From an uncultured Spirochaetota bacterium (lineage in GTDB: Bacteria; Spirochaetota; Spirochaetia; SZUA-6; Fen-1364): a DNA stretch of 64,000 nt. A model generated the notes under the pieces. It searched no databases, was not told the DNA's origin, and saw only the letters and a program-made list of their open reading frames with translations. Where the stretch lies: the NCBI GenBank assembly GCA_963820525.1, contig CAWGAA010000002.1:352001-416000 (forward strand). The letters run 5' to 3'. The position numbers and the translations under genes were made by a program. Positions 51,168-60,181 of the stretch are shown here, piece by piece; the stretch's first letter is position 1; every line of letters starts with the position of its first letter.

Positions 51168-54100
51168 ATGCGGCAGAGCCTGAAGGTAGCTTTCAGCCTC
51201 CTCGTCTCGATAATTCTGTTCAGCGGGTTCACGGTGCTCGCTTTTTCAGGGCTTTTCAACGTCTTGGAAGCCGGCTTCTTCTACCCGCGGGTCCAGAAGG
51301 AGGTCCGCCTCCAGCTCGACTCCCTGGCATCGAAGATCCGAAACTACCATACTCTGAACATCGAGCGCTTCTCCGCGATCACGGCCAAGGACTACGCGGC
51401 GTCCGCATTTGACAGAAACCAGACGGACAAGGACATTGCCGCCCGCGTGGAGGCATTCGGTGCCCTGCAGAAGGACATGCCGAGCCTGACGATCGTGAGA
51501 TTCCTCGATCCGGACGGGCGGAAGATCCACTACAGCACGCTTTCTACGGACGTCTCCAAGCCGACCGCCGGCGGCATCGAATATAAAACCCTGGACCAGG
51601 CGGATCCCGGGTCGCTCGCGGGAACGGCCCTCCAGAGCGGAGAGGGACAGCAGCCGCGGCTGATCATAGACGGGGAGAACGAGCGCTTCATCTACTCGCT
51701 TCCCATGTACCGTCAGGCGGGCGCCGCCAAGCAGTTCATGGGCACGGCCCTTTTCACCGTGAGCTCGGCGGACCTTCTGACGTACCTGCTTCGCGCTCAA
51801 GCGAGCGGCGTCGCGAACATCCTTCTGGTGAAGGGTGACGGCGTGCTGATCAACTTCCCGGGCGTCGAGATGAAAGTCCTGTCCGACGGAATCGACACCA
51901 TCTGGCGCTCCCACCCCGATGAAGAGAGCTTCACCGTTCCCCTGACCCTTTCCAAGCAGGGGGGCTCCTCGGAAACCTTCATGGTCTTTTCCGAGCGTCT
52001 CGCGCCGGGAGGCATCGCCAGCCTCATGGCGCCCCGGGGCATGTTCGAAATGAGTCCCTTCATGAAGGGGCTGATGCTCGCCTCGTTCTTCTTCACCGTG
52101 TTCCTCATCGTCTACCTGCTGTTCAACCTGAGGCCGGATCCCCTGGAGGTCCTCTCCCAGAGGGTGAAGCGCTTCCAGATCCAGCTCCTCGAGGAGATCA
52201 TGGAAAGCCCCGGAGGGGCCGACTGGGGAAGGTGGAAGAGAGAGCTTGAGGCCCGCAAGGGCGAGATCACGCACCAGATCCAGCGCGGCATCGGCAGGGT
52301 GTCTGCGAAGCAGAAACCGGAGATCGACACATATCTTTCGAAGAGCTGGAACGAAATCGTCGACCTGCTGGGCAAGCGGGCCGAGATCACTCCCGCTCCT
52401 GCCGGCCCGATCGATATCGCGAATCTCGAGAACCTCATCCGACAGGCGCTCGCCAACGCGAGGTTCATCGCTCCGGCTGAAACGACAATCGCCGCCCCTC
52501 GCAGGAAGCTCAGGGTCGAGGAGCTGCGGGCCGAGGAAGTGGAGGAACTTGCGGAGGCCGAAGAGCCCGCCGAGGCCGAGGAGGTGGAAGAAGCCGAGGC
52601 AGTGGAGGAGGCCGAGGCTGTCGAGGAAGCCGAAGCAGTCGAAGAGGCGGAGGCCGCTGAAGAGGTTGAGGCGGTCGAGGAAGCCGAAGCGGTGGAAGAA
52701 GCCGAAGCTGTCGAGGAAGCCGAGGCCGTCGAAGAGGCGGAGGCCGTTGAAGAGGTTGAGGCGGCCGAGCAGGCCGAAGTTGTCGAAGAGATTGCCGCCG
52801 ATACCGGCAGACCTGAAGATGAGAGAAGGGAAGCCCGGGAGGAAACCTCCGAGGCCGAATCGTTCGCAGAGGTTGAAGAGCTCGACCTCGAGGAAGCCGC
52901 CGGAGAAGGGGAAAGCATCGAGCGCGCGGGAGAGCCGGTGGCCTTCGAAGAGGCCGAGGAAGCCGAGGAGGTGGAGGAGCTCGAGGAGCTTCAGAGCGTG
53001 GCATCGCCGCAGGGATCGATCGCCGGCCGCGTAAGCGAGTTGGTGGAAGTCCGCGTGCCGCCCGTCAGCACGATAGAGCTCACCCTGCCCGAGATCGAGG
53101 AGGAGCCGGTTTTTGAGCGCAGCGAAGAGGCGCTTGAGGAGCTCGAGCCGTTGGCGGAGATTCAGCCGCTTCCCCCCGAACCGATGGAGGAGGGCCTCGA
53201 GCTTCTGCCTCTTGCCGATGAGGCGGGCTCAGAGCTCGTTTCCGGGATGGAAGGGTGGGGACCGATGAACGATCATGAAAGAGAGGCGGAGTACATGGAG
53301 GAGCCTCGCGCGGTCGAGACCGGGGTAAAGCCGGTTCCGGCCGAATCGAGCGACGAGGAGCGGAAATTCCAGGGGATCGTGGGCGCCCTGGAAGATGCGG
53401 GGCCGGCAGGCGCGGAAGAGGTGCTGGAAGAGCTGGAAGAGGTGTCGGATGCCGCCGAAGCTCTCGCGCGCAAGGTGGAGCAAGCCGAATGGTCGCCCGT
53501 CGAGCAGCGCCAGGAGCTCGACAGGCTCGTCGCATCCGGCTCGATCAAGACCTATTCCATCGAGCAGCTCCAGGGATTCGTCGACGAGGCGAAGTCCGCC
53601 ATCGTCATCAAGGACGGAGTGTTCCGGATCAAGGAGGAGGTGTACTCGACCGCCGACAAGGTCCGGGACGGGAAGCTCAAAGATCTCGCCGAGGAAGTCA
53701 TCCGGCACGAAAAGATCGCGGATGTCCCGTCCGCCGATCTCGCAGAAGAGGGAGGGTTCTCGGGGATCGGGGACCTCATCCGCGAGGAGGAGACTCTCGA
53801 TCTCGCCAAGGTTGTAGGAACGGAGAAGGAGGTCGGAAGCGAAGAGATCCTCAGCCCCGCAATGGAGAAGAACTGGGCCCTCCACCTGAAGAAGACGGGA
53901 ATCGACTACGACGAGTTCCTCTCCGCATATCCGCGATCCTTCACCCATACGGCCCAGATGAAATCTCTCGTGGAGGTTTCCCGGCGGGTTTCCGCCGTCT
54001 GCGCGGGGATACTGCTGAAGAAGTCCGACGGCTACATCCCTGACATAACCGTGGGGGCGAGCGAGAGGACCGTGCAGAGCTTCCGTTTCTTAACGGATGA

Positions 54101-54329
54101 ACCGCTCAGCGTCATTCTGAACGAGCGCAAGGCGGTCGCCATCGACAGGAACACGGCTGAGATCCGAACCCTTCGCAACAAGGTAGACATGGGAGATCTC
54201 CGTTACATGAAGCACCTGTTATTCATTCCGCTCGTATATCGCGCGCAGGAAGCGTATCTTTTCCTCTCCTTCTCCACCGAGAACGATATTTCACCTGATT
54301 CGATTCTTTCGAGCCTGAAAGTACAATAG
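51168..54329 (+). CDS. Hypothetical membrane protein: two TM helices, extracytoplasmic domain, long Glu-rich repeat region, globular C-terminal domain
   Basis: Hydrophobic segments near the N-terminus and at LMLASFFFTVFLIVYLLF; (EEAEAV)n; host-like codon usage. Confidence 0.85.
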   Translation: MRQSLKVAFSLLVSIILFSGFTVLAFSGLFNVLEAGFFYPRVQKEVRLQLDSLASKIRNYHTLNIERFSAITAKDYAASAFDRNQTDKDIAARVEAFGALQKDMPSLTIVRFLDPDGRKIHYSTLSTDVSKPTAGGIEYKTLDQADPGSLAGTALQSGEGQQPRLIIDGENERFIYSLPMYRQAGAAKQFMGTALFTVSSADLLTYLLRAQASGVANILLVKGDGVLINFPGVEMKVLSDGIDTIWRSHPDEESFTVPLTLSKQGGSSETFMVFSERLAPGGIASLMAPRGMFEMSPFMKGLMLASFFFTVFLIVYLLFNLRPDPLEVLSQRVKRFQIQLLEEIMESPGGADWGRWKRELEARKGEITHQIQRGIGRVSAKQKPEIDTYLSKSWNEIVDLLGKRAEITPAPAGPIDIANLENLIRQALANARFIAPAETTIAAPRRKLRVEELRAEEVEELAEAEEPAEAEEVEEAEAVEEAEAVEEAEAVEEAEAAEEVEAVEEAEAVEEAEAVEEAEAVEEAEAVEEVEAAEQAEVVEEIAADTGRPEDERREAREETSEAESFAEVEELDLEEAAGEGESIERAGEPVAFEEAEEAEEVEELEELQSVASPQGSIAGRVSELVEVRVPPVSTIELTLPEIEEEPVFERSEEALEELEPLAEIQPLPPEPMEEGLELLPLADEAGSELVSGMEGWGPMNDHEREAEYMEEPRAVETGVKPVPAESSDEERKFQGIVGALEDAGPAGAEEVLEELEEVSDAAEALARKVEQAEWSPVEQRQELDRLVASGSIKTYSIEQLQGFVDEAKSAIVIKDGVFRIKEEVYSTADKVRDGKLKDLAEEVIRHEKIADVPSADLAEEGGFSGIGDLIREEETLDLAKVVGTEKEVGSEEILSPAMEKNWALHLKKTGIDYDEFLSAYPRSFTHTAQMKSLVEVSRRVSAVCAGILLKKSDGYIPDITVGASERTVQSFRFLTDEPLSVILNERKAVAIDRNTAEIRTLRNKVDMGDLRYMKHLLFIPLVYRAQEAYLFLSFSTENDISPDSILSSLKVQ
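52591..52770 (+). repeat. 18-bp coding tandem repeat arranged as a 90-bp higher-order duplication
   Basis: 52591-52680 and 52681-52770 differ at 10 of 90 positions (manual count). Confidence 0.9.
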
Positions 54330-54463
54330 CAAGATTTGATCGCATTAATCTGGAAAACTACCAGCTCAATATATCTGAAAGCTATAAATGATATAAATTC
54401 TGGAAAAATCTTTTAATCTCGGCCCAAGCGTCCGCATCGCCATGCAAAGAAGCGAATAGAGCC

Positions 54464-54492
54464 TTGACAAGGGCTCCTTTCTCGTTTACTAT
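54464..54492 (+). promoter_or_regulatory. sigma70 promoter of rny-ymdB-tlyA
   Basis: TTGACA, 17 nt, TACTAT. Confidence 0.75.
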
Positions 54493-54526
54493 TTATGTGC
54501 ACTATAGATCCAGGTGGAGGAAGAAG

Positions 54527-56056
54527 ATGGGCCTTGCATTGTACTTTATTCTTCCTCTCGCCGGTTTGTTTCTAGGTTGGACAATTCGATGGCTTTACGC
54601 GCGTTTTCAGCTTTCTTCATCGGAGCAAAGGGCTTCGCGAATCGTCCACGAAGCCCTCAGAGAAGCGGAGGCGAAGAAAAAAGAGGCGATACTTGAGAGC
54701 AAAGACCAGCTGTTGCGGGAGCGCAATCAGCTGGAAAAGGAGACACGCGAAAGGAGAATTGAGCTCCAGCGCCTTGAGCGCCGTTTGTTGCAGAAGGAAG
54801 AGAACCTAGATAAGCGTGTAGAGTCTTTCGAAAAGCAAGAAAGAACCGTCAGTAACCGGGAGAGGGCAGCTACAGAGAAGGAAGAGGTACTCAAGCAGGA
54901 AGAACAGCGGCTAGCCGCGGAACTTGAGAGGATATCGGGTCTCACCAGGGCGGAGGCGAAAAAACTCCTTATTCAAAGCCTGGAAAACGAGGCCAAGCAC
55001 GACGCGCAGATAACGATCAATCTCATCGAGCAAGAGGCCAAACTCACCGCGGACAAGAAGGCGCGGGACATTCTCGTCACGACCATTCAGCGTCTGGCTA
55101 CGGATGTAGCATCCGAGGTCACCGTCACGACGGTGAGTCTCCCCAACGACGAGATGAAGGGGAGGATCATCGGTCGTGAGGGAAGGAACATCAGGACGCT
55201 GGAGACCCTCACAGGCGTGGATGTCATAATCGATGATACCCCCGAGGCCGTCGTCATTTCCTGCTTCGACCCCATCCGACGAGAGATCGCAAAGACGGCG
55301 CTCAGCCGGCTGATCTCGGATGGACGCATCCACCCCGCGCGAATCGAGGAGATCGTCCAGAAGGTCACCAAAGAGGTCACCCAGACCATCTACGAGGAAG
55401 GGGAGCGTGTGCTCTTCGAGGTGGGGATCCATAACATGAGCCCCGAGGGCATACGCGCGCTCGGCAGGCTCCACTACAGAACCAGCTACGGCCAGAACGT
55501 CCTCTCCCACTCCAAGGAAGTGGCCATGATCGCGGGCATGATCGCGGCCGAGGTGGGGGGGAACGTGGAGTTCGCCAAGCGGGCTGCCCTTCTGCACGAC
55601 ATCGGCAAGGGCGTGGAGGCGGACGGCGACGGCAACCACATCGAGATCGGCATGGAACTGGCGCGCAAGCTCGGCGAAGATTCCCGGGTGATCAATGCCA
55701 TCGGGGCGCACCACGGGGACGTGGAGCCGGAGAGCATCGAGGCCGTGATCGTGCAGATCGCGGACGCCGTTTCGGCGTCCCGCCCCGGCGCGCGCAAGGA
55801 AACCCTCGACAATTACCTCAAGAGGCTCGAAAACCTCGAGAAGATAGCGGAGGAGTTCGAGGGGGTGGACAAGGCGTACGCCATCCAGGCCGGCCGGGAG
55901 CTTCGCATCCTGGTGAACAACGAGAAGATCAGCGACGAGGCCGCCAAGGAGCTGGCGAAGAGCATCGCCAAGAGGATCGAGAGCGAGCTGAAGTACCCCG
56001 GCCGGATCAAGGTCACGATCATCCGCGAGATGCGCGTGGTCGAGTATGCCCGATAG
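54527..56056 (+). CDS. rny: Ribonuclease Y
   Basis: N-terminal TM, coiled coil, KH domain [16 protein letters not shown] domain LLHDIGK; start re-set to ATG 54527 (GGAGG). Confidence 0.98.
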   Translation: MGLALYFILPLAGLFLGWTIRWLYARFQLSSSEQRASRIVHEALREAEAKKKEAILESKDQLLRERNQLEKETRERRIELQRLERRLLQKEENLDKRVESFEKQERTVSNRERAATEKEEVLKQEEQRLAAELERISGLTRAEAKKLLIQSLENEAKHDAQITINLIEQEAKLTADKKARDILVTTIQRLATDVASEVTVTTVSLPNDEMKGRIIGREGRNIRTLETLTGVDVIIDDTPEAVVISCFDPIRREIAKTALSRLISDGRIHPARIEEIVQKVTKEVTQTIYEEGERVLFEVGIHNMSPEGIRALGRLHYRTSYGQNVLSHSKEVAMIAGMIAAEVGGNVEFAKRAALLHDIGKGVEADGDGNHIEIGMELARKLGEDSRVINAIGAHHGDVEPESIEAVIVQIADAVSASRPGARKETLDNYLKRLENLEKIAEEFEGVDKAYAIQAGRELRILVNNEKISDEAAKELAKSIAKRIESELKYPGRIKVTIIREMRVVEYAR

Positions 56057-56079
56057 CGGCCGAGCCTGAGATTCGGGAC

Positions 56080-56874
56080 GTGGCGGAGAAACTGAGAACC
56101 CTGATCCTCGGCGACGTTGTCGGACAGCCGGGGTGCAGGGCTCTTTTTGTCGGCCTCGCGGATCTGGTGAGGAAGTATGGCGCGGACCTCGTGGTGGTCA
56201 ACGGGGAGAATGCCGCGGATGGATTCGGCATGACGCCGGACATTGTCGACCGCTTCTTCAAGTCCGGGGTTCACGTGATCACGTCGGGCAACCACATCTG
56301 GCAGCGGCGGGAGATCTTCCCGACTCTGCAGACCAACGACCGCCTCCTCAGGCCCGAGAACTACCCCGTCGGAGTCCCCGGCAAGGGCTCCTGCCTGCTC
56401 ACGGTCCGGGACACGCCCGTCCTGGTCGTGAACCTCGAGGGCAGGGTGAATCTCTCTCCCCTGCGCTGTCCATTTTTGGTCGGCAAGTCCATCGTCAAGC
56501 AGCACCGCTCCAAGGCGCGGATCATCATCGTCGATTTCCACGCGGAGTCCGTGGAAGAGAAGGAAGCCCTCGGGATCTTCCTCGACGGGGAAGTGAGCGC
56601 CGTCGTGGGCACCCACACCCACGTTCAGACCGCAGACGAACGGATCCTTTCCCATGGAACGGCTTACATCAGCGACATCGGAATGATCGGCCCCATCGAC
56701 AGCGTGATCGGCATGCGGCGGGAAACCGCGGTGCTGCGCGGCCTGAGCCAGATGCCCCTCAAGATGGAGGTGCAGAACAGCCCCGCGGAGATCATGGGCG
56801 TGTTCCTGGAGATCGATCCGGCCGGCGGAAAGGCGACCCGTATCGAGCGGGTGCGGGAGAAATCCCCGATCTGA
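56080..56874 (+). CDS. ymdB: YmdB/TIGR00282 family metallophosphoesterase
   Basis: GDVVG, NGENAA, TSGNHIW, DFHAE, VGTHTHVQTADE. Confidence 0.94.
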   Translation: MAEKLRTLILGDVVGQPGCRALFVGLADLVRKYGADLVVVNGENAADGFGMTPDIVDRFFKSGVHVITSGNHIWQRREIFPTLQTNDRLLRPENYPVGVPGKGSCLLTVRDTPVLVVNLEGRVNLSPLRCPFLVGKSIVKQHRSKARIIIVDFHAESVEEKEALGIFLDGEVSAVVGTHTHVQTADERILSHGTAYISDIGMIGPIDSVIGMRRETAVLRGLSQMPLKMEVQNSPAEIMGVFLEIDPAGGKATRIERVREKSPI

Positions 56875-56875
56875 A

Positions 56876-57658
56876 ATGGGAAAGCTCACCCTCCTGGAGC
56901 TTCTCAAGCTTCGCTTCCCGTCCGCGAGCGAACGGGAGCTGTTCGCCGCGGTGCTGCGCGGCGAAGTGGCGGCGGACGGCCGTACCCTGCTGAAGCCCGG
57001 CGCACCGGTGGACGCCGAGAGCGATCTCACGCTGAAACAGCCCAGACGCTTCGCTTCCCGCGGCGGGGAAAAGCTCGCCCATGCCCTTGCCGCCTGGCAC
57101 TACGACGTGCGGGGCAAGGTATTTCTCGACGCCGGATGCTCGACGGGGGGCTTCACGGACTGCCTCCTCAAGAACGGGGCCTCCCGCGTTTACAGCGTCG
57201 ACGTGGGGCTCAACCTGCTGGACTGGCGGCTTCGAAGCGATGAGCGGGTGACGGTCATGGAGCGCACCAACGTGATGAGCCTGTCCCGAGCCTCCTTCTC
57301 CCCGTGTCCCGACCAGGCGGTGGCCGACCTTTCCTTCCGATCCCTGCGGGGGGCCGCTGCGCATATTCTCGGCCTCACGTCGGAGGGGCGCGGCATCTTC
57401 CTGGTCAAGCCGCAGTTCGAATGGGATGACCCACCCGCAGATTTCCATGGCGTGGTCACGGGGAGGGCCCGGCTGCTCGCGATTCTCCAGGAGCTATTCA
57501 GCCGCCTTCAGGGGGAAGGGGTGTTCCCCATGAAGGGAACTCTCTCTCCCATCCGCGGCAGGAAAGGAAACCGCGAGCTGCTCTTTCTCCTCTCCACCTC
57601 GGAAGGCGTGGAGCAGGAAGCGCTCCGGCGGATGCTCGACGAGCTAGTCCTGGAATGA
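56876..57658 (+). CDS. tlyA: TlyA family rRNA (cytidine-2'-O)-methyltransferase
   Basis: [37 protein letters not shown]. Confidence 0.94.
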   Translation: MGKLTLLELLKLRFPSASERELFAAVLRGEVAADGRTLLKPGAPVDAESDLTLKQPRRFASRGGEKLAHALAAWHYDVRGKVFLDAGCSTGGFTDCLLKNGASRVYSVDVGLNLLDWRLRSDERVTVMERTNVMSLSRASFSPCPDQAVADLSFRSLRGAAAHILGLTSEGRGIFLVKPQFEWDDPPADFHGVVTGRARLLAILQELFSRLQGEGVFPMKGTLSPIRGRKGNRELLFLLSTSEGVEQEALRRMLDELVLE

Positions 57659-58396
57659 CAGGCGGCCGAGGGGGGCGTCGATCCTGATGCCTTCCGGCCC
57701 CAGGTACTGGACCTTCTTCCCCTCGATGAGGATCTGAACCTTCTTGACCGTGGGAAACTCGGTGGCGGCGAACACGATCTGCCGCAGCTGTGCATTGAGG
57801 CCTTCCCTGCCCAGGGTATTGAATCGGAAGCTTTCGTTGAAATCGATGTATGCGGTGTCTCCCCGGACCGTGACGCCGCGCAGCTTCGTGCCCGCGGGGA
57901 TCATCGTGAGGAAACCCAGGTTCACCTCGGAAGAGGTGGGGCCCTGGAGCAGGCTCTGCAGAGTGTCACGCAAAGGCGAGTCGCTGGCCGGGATGGGCCT
58001 GATCACGCCCTTGAGGACGATCTTTCCGTTGGTATCCACGCTGGCGAAGAAGAGGCGCTGCTTTCGGACGGCGGGCTTCTCGACAGCCGCTGATGGAGGC
58101 TGGATTTGAGGCGCGGGAACCGGCTGCTTCCTGGGCTCGGGCTGCGCTTTATCGCCGCTCTCGGTCCCACTGCCGCCCGCCGCCGGGGCCGACGGAGGGT
58201 TTGAGTCCTCCTTTTCCTTCTCAGGAAGGGGTTTCATGGTCACTTCGGGGGCGGGTGAGGTCTTTTTGCCGCCGAAAAGCTCGTCCAGGGCCTTCTGGAT
58301 GGGCTCCCGGGCGGCAATTGCGGCAATGACGAGCACGATCACGAGGGAAGCCCAGAAAAGGCATCCCGTTGCAAGGCTTTTCTTTTTCCGCGCCAT
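57644..58396 (-). CDS. Membrane-anchored GerMN domain protein
   Basis: MARKKKS + TM helix, Pro-rich linker, LLQGPT...TMIPAGTKL...AYIDFN...QIVFAATEFPTVKKVQILIEG; start re-set to ATG 58396. Confidence 0.88.
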   Translation of the reverse strand: MARKKKSLATGCLFWASLVIVLVIAAIAAREPIQKALDELFGGKKTSPAPEVTMKPLPEKEKEDSNPPSAPAAGGSGTESGDKAQPEPRKQPVPAPQIQPPSAAVEKPAVRKQRLFFASVDTNGKIVLKGVIRPIPASDSPLRDTLQSLLQGPTSSEVNLGFLTMIPAGTKLRGVTVRGDTAYIDFNESFRFNTLGREGLNAQLRQIVFAATEFPTVKKVQILIEGKKVQYLGPEGIRIDAPLGRLSFQD

Positions 58397-58421
58397 TATC
58401 TCACTGTAAAGATCGGCTAAT

Positions 58422-58450
58422 TTGACAGGCTCATTGAATCCCGCTATACT
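58422..58450 (+). promoter_or_regulatory. sigma70 promoter of ptsI-der operon
   Basis: TTGACA, 17 nt, TATACT; ATG 9 nt later with no SD. Confidence 0.75.
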
Positions 58451-58459
58451 CACCGCGCC

Positions 58460-60181
58460 ATGGTGGAGCTCGCGGGGATCAGCGCCTCTCCGGGAATAGC
58501 GCTGGGAACGGTATTCCTGTTCCTTGAGGAGAAGCTCACCGTCCCCAAGTACGAAATCTCCCCCGCCCAGGCTGCATTCGAATACGAGAGGTTCCTCGCC
58601 GCCGTGCGCGCCGCTCACGACGAGGTCGAAGGCCTCGCCAATGGCAGGGGGAACAGCCTCCTGGAACCCCAGCTCCTCATGTTCGACGATCCCGAGTTCC
58701 ACGATTCGATCCGCCGGGGCCTCGATTCCGGCGGAAAGAACGTCGAATGGGTTCTCCTGCAGACCATCGACGCCCTCTCCGCGAAACTGGGGAACTCTCC
58801 CAGCGCCTACCTCAAGGAGCGGGCGGTTGACTTGCACGACGTCGGCCGGCGGATCATGAACCACCTCTTGTACCGCGAGCGGCCGAGCCTCTCTTCGATT
58901 GCCGATCCCGTGATCCTGGTGGCCCACAACCTCATGCCCTCGGATGCGCTCGCGCTGAACAAGCGCCTCGTTCTCGGGATAGCGACAGACGTGGGAGGAA
59001 AGACCTCGCATACGGCCATCCTCGCCCGCTCGATCGAGATTCCCGCGGTGCTCGGCCTTTCCGACGTGAGCCAACGCGTGAAACCCGGGGACGAGCTGGT
59101 GGTCGATGGAAACCGCGGGATGGTTCTCATCAACCCCGACAAAAAGGCCCGCTCGCTGTACCAGAAGCGCAAGAGCGAGTGGGAGCAAAAGTACATCTTG
59201 TTGAAGGAGCTGGTGGACCTGCCGGCGGAGACGCGTGACGGCAAGCTCGTCCAGCTTGACGCGAACATCGAGATGCCCGAGGAGGTCCACTCCGTTCTCA
59301 CCCACGGCGCGGACGGCATCGGGCTTTTCCGCTCCGAGTTTCTCTTCCTTCAGCCCGGCCGGTTTCCCACGGAGGAGGATCAGTACGGCGCCTACTGCAC
59401 CGTGCTCAAGGCCATGGGCAGCAGAAGCGTGACGATCAGGACGCTGGACCTCGGCGGGGAGAAGGTGATGCCCGGTTTCCCCGTGGGATCGGAGGCCAAC
59501 CCCATCCTCGGCTGGCGGGCCATCAGGTTCTGCCTGGCGCGGCCGGAGATCTTCAAGATCCAGCTTCGAGCGCTCCTGCGCTCATCGGTTCACGGGAACC
59601 TGCGGATCATGTACCCCCTCATCTCGGGGGCCGGCGAGCTGGACCTGATATCGGCGCTCCTCGCGGACGTCAAGATGGAGCTTGCCAGGGACGGCATCCC
59701 CTTCCGCCAGGATATCCCCATGGGGATCATGATCGAGGTGCCGTCCGCCGCCATCACCTCCGACATCCTGGCCTCCAAGGCCGATTTCTTCTCCATCGGG
59801 ACAAACGATCTCATCCAGTACGCCCTGGCCGTGGACCGCGGCAATGAGCGCGTCGCGTACCTCTACGAGCCCTTCCATCCCGGAGTGCTGCGCCTGATCA
59901 AGATGACCATTGACAACGCCCATGCGCACGGAGTGCCCGTGGGGATGTGCGGCGAGATGGCCGGAGATCCCCTGGCCACGGTCGTTCTGCTCGGCCTCGG
60001 GCTGGACAGCTTCTCCATGGGCGCCATCGGCATCCCCCTCATCAAGAGGATCATCCGCTCCGTCGGCGCCATGGAAGCCGAGGCATTCGTGCGGTCCCTC
60101 CTGCCGATGCAGTCGGGGAGGGAGATCGAGTCCGCCGTGCGCGGCTGGATGGGTGAGCGTTTTGACTTCATCTCCTCGTGA
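58460..60181 (+). CDS. ptsI: Phosphoenolpyruvate-protein phosphotransferase (PTS enzyme I)
   Basis: GGKTSHTAILARS (phospho-His), GIGLFRSEF, SIGTNDLIQY, GMCGEMAGD. Confidence 0.97.
   Translation: MVELAGISASPGIALGTVFLFLEEKLTVPKYEISPAQAAFEYERFLAAVRAAHDEVEGLANGRGNSLLEPQLLMFDDPEFHDSIRRGLDSGGKNVEWVLLQTIDALSAKLGNSPSAYLKERAVDLHDVGRRIMNHLLYRERPSLSSIADPVILVAHNLMPSDALALNKRLVLGIATDVGGKTSHTAILARSIEIPAVLGLSDVSQRVKPGDELVVDGNRGMVLINPDKKARSLYQKRKSEWEQKYILLKELVDLPAETRDGKLVQLDANIEMPEEVHSVLTHGADGIGLFRSEFLFLQPGRFPTEEDQYGAYCTVLKAMGSRSVTIRTLDLGGEKVMPGFPVGSEANPILGWRAIRFCLARPEIFKIQLRALLRSSVHGNLRIMYPLISGAGELDLISALLADVKMELARDGIPFRQDIPMGIMIEVPSAAITSDILASKADFFSIGTNDLIQYALAVDRGNERVAYLYEPFHPGVLRLIKMTIDNAHAHGVPVGMCGEMAGDPLATVVLLGLGLDSFSMGAIGIPLIKRIIRSVGAMEAEAFVRSLLPMQSGREIESAVRGWMGERFDFISS

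Noticed and set aside
52540..52800. Regular repeats as a possible CRISPR array
   Set aside because: Contiguous 18-bp in-frame coding units with synonymous variation, no unique spacers and no cas genes in the window.
54330..54463. 6S RNA upstream of rny
   Set aside because: The gap is short and AT-rich with no long closing stem, and zapA is absent.
56876..57658. tlyA as a haemolysin/virulence gene
   Set aside because: The K-D-K-E methyltransferase residues are intact and the context is housekeeping; nothing in the sequence supports a toxin role.
57644..59305. 553-aa minus-strand ORF as one protein
   Set aside because: The N-terminal 303 codons are antisense to ptsI and cross its promoter; the real gene starts at 58396.
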